Assembly: GCA_023136205.1 (NCBI GenBank)
Contig: JAGLRQ010000159.1
Location: forward strand, 1-5,444
Length of the DNA stretch: 5,444 nucleotides
Source of the DNA: Candidatus Auribacterota bacterium
Lineage (GTDB): Bacteria > Auribacterota > UBA6266
Direction of reading: 5' to 3'
This document shows positions 1 to 5,342 of this stretch, piece by piece. The first letter of the stretch is position 1, and the number at the start of each line of letters is the position of its first letter. The notes under the pieces were generated by a model, which searched no databases, had not been told where the DNA came from, and worked only from the letters and a program-made list of their open reading frames with translations. Made by a program: the position numbers and the translations under genes.

Positions 1-830
1 CCGGCAATTAAACCGCGCGAATTCAAATCACTGTTGTTTCCTACTATAACCTGATTTTTATCAGGATTTGTTGAAACTACATAAAAGGGCTTGCCTCCCC
101 CTATGCCAAGCCCTTCCCTCTGCCCTATAGTATAGAAAACCGTGCCCCTGTGCTCTCCCAAAAGGTTGCCTTCCAGATCAAGGATAGCTCCGGGTTTAAT
201 ATCTTTAACCCTTGTCATAATAAAATTTTTATAGTTCCCTTCGGGAATAAAACATATATCCTGGCTTTGCGGTTTTTCAGCAGCCGGCAGGTTTGCTTTC
301 CTTGCAATTTTCCTTACTTCTTTTTTGGTAAGATCTTCTAAAGGAAATAATATCGATGAAAGTGAATCTTTTTTTATATAATAAAGAAAATATGTCTGGT
401 CTTTTTCCACGTCTTTAGGCTTTTTAAGTATTCCATCTTCAACTTTCGCGTAGTGCCCGGTTGCCAGGCAGTCAAATCCCATTACTTTTATTTTATCTAA
501 AAGGCTTCCAAATTTTAAATATCTATTACAACTGACACAGGGATTGGGAGTCCGGCCTTTGAGATACTCTTCAACAAATGGTTTGATTACCTTTTCTTCC
601 AGCTCCCTCGAGCAATCCATCGCGTGGTGAGATATCTTTAACCGGCCACAAACTTTTTTTGCATCGTCAATTGCTTCTTTTCCGCGGCATTCGGCTCTTT
701 TATCATCCGGGGTTTTAACCCCAAGGCACATTGTAATACCGACAACCTCACAGCCTGTTTCTTTAAGTAAGAAAGCGGCAACGGAAGAATCAACTCCGCC
801 GCTCATAGCAACTGCAACCTTCTTTTTCAT
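1..830 (-). CDS. mnmA: tRNA 2-thiouridine(34) synthase MnmA (tRNA-specific 2-thiouridylase). 5' partial: the N-terminal 276 codons are present and the C-terminus lies beyond the left window edge.
   Basis: Absent from the ORF track because it runs off the edge. I translated the minus strand by hand from ATG 830..828 and found no stop through nt 1: MKKKVAVAMSGGVDSSVAAFLLKETGCEVVGITM...TPNPCVSCNRYLKFGSLL...CLATGHYAKV...EKDQTYFLYYI...SQDICFIPEG...GEHRGTVFYTIGQREGLGIGGGKPFYVV. The PP-loop SGGVDSS, NPCxxCN, ATGHYA, KDQ(S/T)YFL, QDICF and YTIGQR boxes are the MnmA/TrmU signature. The ATG overlaps the nifU TGA (ATGA at 827..830), and GGGGA lies 4 nt upstream. Confidence 0.93.
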   Translation of the reverse strand, partial: MKKKVAVAMSGGVDSSVAAFLLKETGCEVVGITMCLGVKTPDDKRAECRGKEAIDDAKKVCGRLKISHHAMDCSRELEEKVIKPFVEEYLKGRTPNPCVSCNRYLKFGSLLDKIKVMGFDCLATGHYAKVEDGILKKPKDVEKDQTYFLYYIKKDSLSSILFPLEDLTKKEVRKIARKANLPAAEKPQSQDICFIPEGNYKNFIMTRVKDIKPGAILDLEGNLLGEHRGTVFYTIGQREGLGIGGGKPFYVVSTNPDKNQVIVGNNSDLNSRGLIA

Positions 831-1216
831 TTATTCCCCTGTTTCTTTTTATAATCTTCAATCGCCGAAGTTAAAGCCTGCTCCGCGAGAACAGAACAGT
901 GCATTTTGATCGGGGGAAGGCCGCCAAGAGCCTCAGCAACGGCTTTATTTGAAATTTGCAAAGCTTCTTCAACCGTTTTACCCTTAACAAGCTCTGTAAC
1001 CATAGAACTGGTAGCAATAGCCGCGCCGCACCCGAAAGTTTTAAATTTCGCGTCAACAATTACATTACCTTCAACTTTTATATAAAGCTCCATTATATCG
1101 CCGCATATCGGGTTCCCTACCTTCCCTATCCCGCTCGGATTATCAATTTCACCAACATTTCTCGGGTTCTTAAAATGTTCCATCACCTTTTCACTGTAAT
1201 TTTTTATATCGACCAT
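827..1216 (-). CDS. nifU: Fe-S cluster assembly scaffold protein, NifU N-terminal/IscU type (129 aa)
   Basis: ORF-track protein carries the three cluster-ligand cysteines in canonical context: GNPICGD (Cys38/Asp40), FGCGAAIA (Cys63) and LPPIKMHCS (His106/Cys107). The C-terminal LAEQALTSAIEDYKKK resembles IscU. A strong SD AAGGAG (1230..1225) sits 8 nt upstream of ATG 1216. The start shares 1 nt with the nifS stop (TAATG). Confidence 0.93.
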   Translation of the reverse strand: MVDIKNYSEKVMEHFKNPRNVGEIDNPSGIGKVGNPICGDIMELYIKVEGNVIVDAKFKTFGCGAAIATSSMVTELVKGKTVEEALQISNKAVAEALGGLPPIKMHCSVLAEQALTSAIEDYKKKQGNK

Positions 1217-2385
1217 TAGATTTTCTCCTTCTTATAAAGCGGCGACATCGCGCGAAGTTTGCTCACAATTTTCGGCAAAATTTCAAGAACATAATCTATA
1301 TCATACTCCTTAGAAAACCTGCCGACCGTAAACCTTAGAGATCCGTGGGCAATCTCGTGAGGCAAGCCTATCGCGAGTAGGACATGTGAAGGCTCAAGGC
1401 TTGATGAAGTACAGGCAGAGCCGGTTGAACAGGCCACCCCCTCCATATCAAGGTTCAAAATCATGGATTCGCCTTCTATATACTCTACAGAAACATTAAC
1501 ATTGTTCGGCAGCCTTTTTACCGGATGTCCGTTAAGCCTTGAAGATTCTATTTTATCAAGAATACCTTTTATTAACTTGTCTCTCCATTTAGTTTGAATT
1601 ACAGCCTCGTTTTCCATACTTTCCTTCGCCAATTCAACAGCTTTTCCAAAACCAACTATTCCCGAAACATTATGCGTAGACGCGCGCCTGCCATTCTCCT
1701 GGTCACCCCCATGCATAAATGACTTGATTCTAGTCCCCTTCCTTATGTAGAGCATTCCTACTCCCTTAGGCCCATATAATTTATGAGCGGACGCGCTCAA
1801 TAAATCTACATTAAGCTCATCCACATTAATTGGCAAATGCCCAAATGTCTGCACCGCGTCCGTATGAAAATAAACACCTGCTTCTTTTGCTATTTTCCCG
1901 ATTTCCGCCACCGGCTCAATCGTTCCAATTTCATTGTTCGCGTGCATAATTGAAATTAAAATTGTTTTATCCGTTATTGCCTTCTTTACCTCTTCAGGAT
2001 CTACAACACCATACTTGTCTACAGGAAGATAAGTAACTTTTAATCCCCGCGTTTCCAGAAACTTGCATGTTTCTGTAACACAATGATGTTCGACACTCGA
2101 TGTAATTATATGATTTCCCCTCTCTATATTCGCGTTTACAACTCCTTTTAGCGCGTAGTTATTACCTTCTGTTCCGCCGCTGGTAAACACTATTTCATCA
2201 CCACCAGCGCCAATAAACAAAGCAATGACTCCCCTGGCTTCCTCCACAGCATGTTTTGCTTCCTGCCCGAAAGAGTGAAGGCTGGAAGGATTCCCGCATA
2301 TCTCATTAAAATACGGGGTCATCGCTTTTATAACTTCAGGATCTGTTGGTGTCGTAGCCGCATAATCCATATATATTCTTTTCAT
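1216..2385 (-). CDS. nifS: Cysteine desulfurase, class V aminotransferase fold, group I NifS/IscS type (389 aa)
   Basis: N-terminus IYMDYAATTP; PLP-lysine motif SASAHKLYGPKGVG (Lys202); catalytic loop STGSACTSSSLEPSHVL (Cys325); RFTVGR near the C-terminus. The length (389 aa) and adjacency to a short NifU scaffold fit the compact NifS type better than the longer IscS. The ATG overlaps the stop of the upstream Rrf2 gene (ATGA at 2382..2385), with purine-rich GGGGTGG just upstream. Confidence 0.95.
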   Translation of the reverse strand: MKRIYMDYAATTPTDPEVIKAMTPYFNEICGNPSSLHSFGQEAKHAVEEARGVIALFIGAGGDEIVFTSGGTEGNNYALKGVVNANIERGNHIITSSVEHHCVTETCKFLETRGLKVTYLPVDKYGVVDPEEVKKAITDKTILISIMHANNEIGTIEPVAEIGKIAKEAGVYFHTDAVQTFGHLPINVDELNVDLLSASAHKLYGPKGVGMLYIRKGTRIKSFMHGGDQENGRRASTHNVSGIVGFGKAVELAKESMENEAVIQTKWRDKLIKGILDKIESSRLNGHPVKRLPNNVNVSVEYIEGESMILNLDMEGVACSTGSACTSSSLEPSHVLLAIGLPHEIAHGSLRFTVGRFSKEYDIDYVLEILPKIVSKLRAMSPLYKKEKI

Positions 2386-2816
2386 TTTCCACCCCTATTT
2401 ATTTTTTCTTTCTTAAATTTGCTGACCAGATCATTTAGGGTTATAGATTTTAATGTTTTAGAAATGCTTTTTTCAAGCTTTTCCCATACACCCCTTGTTA
2501 TACAATAAGAGGACCTGGCGCACAATGAATTGTCCTTTGAACAATCCGAAGGAGCCAGGTCTCCTTCGAGAATTTCGACAATATCTTTTACGGTAATCTG
2601 TTCCGGAGGCCTTGCCAGGAGATATCCACCCTGGGCACCCCTGACAGAGTTTACCAGGCCGCTCGCTTTTAAAGGCATTACCAGTTGGCTTAGATATTTT
2701 TCTGAAAGCTCCTCATTTCTGGCTATATCCTTAAGAAACATGGGTTTCCCTCCATAACGAAGGCCTAATTCAAACATTAGTCTTACGCCATACCGCGCTC
2801 TCGTCGACATTTTCAT
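2382..2816 (-). CDS. Rrf2-family transcriptional regulator, IscR-like (three conserved Cys)
   Basis: Rrf2 N-terminal winged-helix signature (MSTRARYGVRLMFELG...KDIARNEELSEKYLSQLVMPLKASGLVNSVRGAQGGYLLARPP), followed by Cys93-x6-Cys100-x5-Cys106 (ORF-track numbering) in the position of the IscR/NsrR cluster ligands. The ORF-track start at 2819 is a TTG only 3 nt after the SD. I prefer ATG 2816..2814, which is 6 nt after AAGGAG (2828..2823); ATG 2810 is a further alternative. Confidence 0.9.
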   Translation of the reverse strand: MKMSTRARYGVRLMFELGLRYGGKPMFLKDIARNEELSEKYLSQLVMPLKASGLVNSVRGAQGGYLLARPPEQITVKDIVEILEGDLAPSDCSKDNSLCARSSYCITRGVWEKLEKSISKTLKSITLNDLVSKFKKEKINRGGK

Positions 2817-2832
2817 CAACCACTCCTTACAC

Positions 2833-2866
2833 TAGTATTACTATCATTATAGTAGTAATAATACTA
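2833..2866. promoter_or_regulatory. Imperfect AT-rich palindrome, candidate Rrf2/IscR-type operator overlapping the -10 region
   Basis: Plus strand reads TAGTATTACTA (2833-2843), TCATTATAG, then TAGTAATAATACTA (2853-2866). The reverse complement of the right arm is TAGTATTATTACTA, which equals the left arm plus a 3-nt TTA insertion. The perfect sub-arms are TATTACTA/TAGTAATA and TAGTAT/ATACTA. It covers both candidate -10 hexamers. Confidence 0.4.
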
Positions 2867-2885
2867 AAAATTCCTCTTCTGTCAA
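2846..2885 (-). promoter_or_regulatory. Putative sigma70-type promoter of the Rrf2-nifS-nifU-mnmA operon
   Basis: On the minus strand, a perfect -35 TTGACA (2885..2880) is followed by a 16-nt spacer and TATTAT (2863..2858). A perfect TATAAT also lies at 2851..2846, but its -35 is poor (GGAATT). Both -10 candidates are 30-45 nt upstream of the SD/ATG. Motif match only. Confidence 0.45.
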
Positions 2886-2964
2886 GTAAAAAGATGCAGA
2901 ACCAATACCTGTTAAGCCTATCATGAGGAACTTAGCCTGGAGAGAGATAATGGTTAGTTTATTA

Positions 2965-4464
2965 CTATTCCGTTACCGTGAAATCCGGTAATTTTTCGAA
3001 AATTTTTCGAAAATGGAATCCAAAAATTGAAAATGTAATTGCCATTGAAAAAAGCCTCGGCCGCCTGAATAAAGACCAGAAAAAAAGTTTCCAGTAATGA
3101 ACCCGCTCCTTACCGACTATCCCCAGAAAGAATATTGACTTTAAAAATGCTCCGAGATAACTCTTATTCAAATAAAAAACTTTTTTCTGCAAGGGTTTAA
3201 ATTCTTTCAAAAAATCTTTTACCCTCCGGTAATAGTGCTTTGGGGAATAAATTGTACTGATAATTTTTTTATAACCATTTACAAGTTCTTCACGATTCAT
3301 TTTCGGGATAAAGTTAATTTGAAGATCGCAGTTATTCCCGGAAGATTCTTCCAGCAATCTCCCCTCTTTCATAAGCCGTTTATAGAGATTAGAACCGCGG
3401 GGAGCGCTTAATAACCCAACCATCGCGGTAACTATACTGCTTTCTTGAATGAATGAAATAAGCCTCTCGAAAATTAACGGCGGGTCATTATCAAAACCGA
3501 CAATAAACCCACCCTGAACCTGCAAACCATATTTTTGAATCTTTTTTATACACGCTATTAAATCACGGCCCTTGTTTTGTGTCTTATTGCATTCCGCAAG
3601 GCTTTCTTCATTGGGAGACTCAATACCTACAAAAACCGTATCGAAACCTGCCTCAACCATAAGGCGCATAAGCCCTGAATCATCCGAGAGGTTTATTGAA
3701 GTTTCAGTATAAAAACAGAAGGGATATTTTTTCTTTTTCATCCATTTTATTATAGCAGGTAAAATCTCCCTCTTTAATTTCTCCTTATTCCCTATAAAAT
3801 TGTCATCGACAAAAAACACGTTGCCCCTCCACCTGCGGCGATAAAGATTATCCAATTCTTCCAATATCTGGCTTTTGGTTTTCGTTCGTACTTTGTGTCC
3901 AAAAAGCGTTGTTATGTCACAAAATTCACAATTAAAAGGGCAGCCTCTGGAATACTGGATATTCATTGAGTAGTATTTTTTCATATTAATAAGCCCCCAC
4001 AACGGAACAGGGCTTTCCCCTATACCGGGAAATTCTTCAGAGGTATAAAGATGTCTGGCACATCCGCTGTTCAAATCTTCTAAAAAAGCCGGCATCGTAA
4101 CTTCAGCCTCATTAAGGACTAAATGGTCAACGTCATCAAATTCTTCATGGGAGGCAGTAAAGAGAGGGCCCCCGGCAACAACTTTGACTCCAAAATTTTT
4201 ACACTTTGAGATTATTTCGTTCACAGACCCTCTTTGAATAGACATAGCGCTGATAAAAACATAATCAGGCCATTTAAGGTCTTTATTCTTTAATTTTGAC
4301 ACATTCATATCTACAACTCTTTTTTCCCACTTCTCAGGAAGCATCGCGGCCACGGTCAAGAGCCCCAATGGCGGAAGGCCCGCTTTCTTAGAAATAAACT
4401 TTAAAGCGTGCTTAAAACTCCAGAAGGTATCCGGATATTTTGGATATATTAGAAGTATTTTCAT
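2965..4464 (-). CDS. B12-binding-domain radical SAM protein (class B-like) with a DUF4070-like C-terminal extension; substrate unknown
   Basis: N-terminal MKILLIYPKYPDTFWSF...LPPLGLLTVAAMLP...VFISAMS...VVAGGP resembles the Rossmann-like cobalamin-binding domain of this family. The radical SAM motif is YSRGCPFNCEFCDI (Cys175-x3-Cys179-x2-Cys182). GIESPNEESL and GGFIVGFDND belong to the TIM-barrel core. The C-terminal IYSPKHYYRRVKDFLKEF...RRPRLFSMAITFSIFGFHFRKI matches my memory of the DUF4070 tail. Confidence 0.9.
   Translation of the reverse strand: MKILLIYPKYPDTFWSFKHALKFISKKAGLPPLGLLTVAAMLPEKWEKRVVDMNVSKLKNKDLKWPDYVFISAMSIQRGSVNEIISKCKNFGVKVVAGGPLFTASHEEFDDVDHLVLNEAEVTMPAFLEDLNSGCARHLYTSEEFPGIGESPVPLWGLINMKKYYSMNIQYSRGCPFNCEFCDITTLFGHKVRTKTKSQILEELDNLYRRRWRGNVFFVDDNFIGNKEKLKREILPAIIKWMKKKKYPFCFYTETSINLSDDSGLMRLMVEAGFDTVFVGIESPNEESLAECNKTQNKGRDLIACIKKIQKYGLQVQGGFIVGFDNDPPLIFERLISFIQESSIVTAMVGLLSAPRGSNLYKRLMKEGRLLEESSGNNCDLQINFIPKMNREELVNGYKKIISTIYSPKHYYRRVKDFLKEFKPLQKKVFYLNKSYLGAFLKSIFFLGIVGKERVHYWKLFFWSLFRRPRLFSMAITFSIFGFHFRKIFEKLPDFTVTE
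2990..3014. repeat. Perfect 11-bp tandem direct repeat (about 2.3 copies) whose unit contains the 10-bp palindrome TTTTCGAAAA, inside the 3' end of the radical SAM CDS
   Basis: Plus strand: ATTTTTCGAAA at 2991-3001 and again at 3002-3012, with period-11 identity extending over 2990-3014. It encodes ...FRKIFEKL... on the minus strand. Confidence 0.7.
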
Positions 4465-4502
4465 AACTTGTTATTTCCTACAGAAACAGAACATATCAGG
4501 GG

Positions 4503-4531
4503 ATTCTAACCTTTTTATTAATATATTGCAA
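4503..4531 (-). promoter_or_regulatory. Putative sigma70-type promoter for the radical SAM gene
   Basis: On the minus strand, TTGCAA (4531..4526) is followed by a 17-nt spacer and TAGAAT (4508..4503), about 40 nt upstream of ATG 4464. It lies in the 98-bp gap after the EIIA-fusion gene. Motif match only. Confidence 0.4.
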
Positions 4532-4562
4532 GGAGAGATGTAAGGTTGAAATAAGAGCCGGT

Positions 4563-5342
4563 TTACTTTTTTTCTTTCAAAGCAATAAATCTGCCGCAAT
4601 TCTCACAAACATAGACGTGGTTTTCATATTTTATCTGATTCCGGAGACCGGTTGAAAGTGTCATAAAACATCCCTGGCAGACACCGGCTTCAACATCTAC
4701 TATTGCAGTGCCATATCTCCCCATTAATCTGTTAAATCTGCTAAGATAATCGGAGTTCATATAATACTGTAAAGTACTGATTTCTTTCTCAAGTTTTGGG
4801 CTTTTCCTCTTCAGTCCCACTCGCTTTCTTTCCCTTTCCTGAAGTTTTCTTAAGACCGAGGCGGCACATACAACACTAGAATTTGCTTCTTCCACGACCC
4901 TTACTTTAATCGTAGAGAGTAAATCCAACATTTCGGATTTTGTTTTCGCTAAAAGAAGTTTATCTCTGAAACTATGTTTTCTAAGGCTTTTTATAAGAGA
5001 AGAAAATAGCTGGGTAAACAATCCCGGGGTTGAAGGCTGCCAGACCACAAGAAAAATGAGGTTCACCGGATTCTTATCAAAGGAATTAAATTCTATACCT
5101 TTACGGCTTTTACCAACAGCAATAGCAAGCCTTTTTTGGCTCTCCAGCCTTGCATGCGGAAAAGCAATTCCCGGAACAATTGCTGTGGAAACCATTGATT
5201 CTCTGCGCAGCGTTCTTTCAACAATTACATCCTTATTTAAACTATTAAAAGTCCCGGCAAGTTCCCTTATTACAGATTCGCTATCTAACCCTTTTAGTTT
5301 AATAACGTTTCCGGGGGAAATAAATTCCGTAAGTTTCTGCAT
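4563..5342 (-). CDS. Fusion protein (259 aa): PTS EIIA type-2 / nitrogen-regulatory PtsN-like domain (about aa 1-146), a charged helical linker, and a C4 zinc ribbon of the HP0958/DUF164 type (about aa 196-255)
   Basis: EIIA-2 signature RRESMVSTAIVPGIAFPHARL with candidate phospho-His63 (nt 5154..5156), followed by PVNLIFLVV...LFSSLIKSL...LL..K.EMLDLL, typical of the PtsN C-terminal half. The C-terminus YLSRFNRLMGRYGTAIVDVEAGVCQGCFMTLSTGLRNQIKYENHVYVCENCGRFIAL is CxxC-x20-CxxCGR (Cys222/225/246/249). A strong SD AGGAGGAG (5359..5352) sits 9 nt upstream of ATG 5342. Confidence 0.85.
   Translation of the reverse strand: MQKLTEFISPGNVIKLKGLDSESVIRELAGTFNSLNKDVIVERTLRRESMVSTAIVPGIAFPHARLESQKRLAIAVGKSRKGIEFNSFDKNPVNLIFLVVWQPSTPGLFTQLFSSLIKSLRKHSFRDKLLLAKTKSEMLDLLSTIKVRVVEEANSSVVCAASVLRKLQERERKRVGLKRKSPKLEKEISTLQYYMNSDYLSRFNRLMGRYGTAIVDVEAGVCQGCFMTLSTGLRNQIKYENHVYVCENCGRFIALKEKK

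Noticed and set aside
150-341. Plus-strand ORF (63 aa) from the supplied track
   Set aside because: It lies entirely antisense to the MnmA coding frame. The protein is low-complexity and Phe/Cys-rich with no recognisable motif, and there is no SD. It is a typical shadow ORF.
956-1219. Plus-strand 87-aa ORF, together with the minus-strand 62-aa ORF at 871..1059
   Set aside because: Both are embedded in or antisense to the well-supported nifU frame and have no motifs. They are alternative-frame artefacts.
2251-2757. Plus-strand ORFs 2251..2508 (85 aa) and 2530..2757 (75 aa)
   Set aside because: They are antisense to the nifS and Rrf2 coding regions, with no SD or domain signatures. They are shadow ORFs.
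2817-2819. TTG start codon used by the ORF track for the Rrf2 gene
   Set aside because: It sits only 3 nt after the AAGGAG SD. The in-frame ATG at 2816 has near-optimal 6-nt spacing and gives the family-typical MKMSTRARYG N-terminus. The TTG start cannot be fully excluded.
2847-2924. 25-codon minus-strand ORF (MIGLTGIGSASFYLTEEEFLVLLLLL*) in the rSAM/Rrf2 intergenic region, considered as a leader peptide or RiPP precursor for the rSAM enzyme
   Set aside because: It has no SD (the upstream sequence is AAGTTCCTC). It runs straight through the predicted -35/-10 and operator of the Rrf2 gene, and it lies downstream rather than upstream of the rSAM gene. A 22-codon plus-strand ORF starting at 2923 likewise lacks an SD.
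2911-2936. Imperfect hairpin (GTTAAGCCT-ATCATG-AGG-AA-CTTAGC), considered as an intrinsic terminator after the rSAM gene
   Set aside because: On the transcribed minus strand the stem is only 4+3 bp with a bulge and a C-A mismatch. The nearest U-run is about 20 nt further on. It does not meet the criteria for a rho-independent terminator.
4465-4562. Cobalamin riboswitch or sigma-54 promoter upstream of the B12-rSAM gene
   Set aside because: The gap is only 98 bp, with a predicted 5' UTR of about 40 nt. That is far too short for a B12 riboswitch, and no B12-box-like element was seen. A TTGCA is present, but there is no GG at the -24 position (GG-N10-GC spacing is not satisfied).
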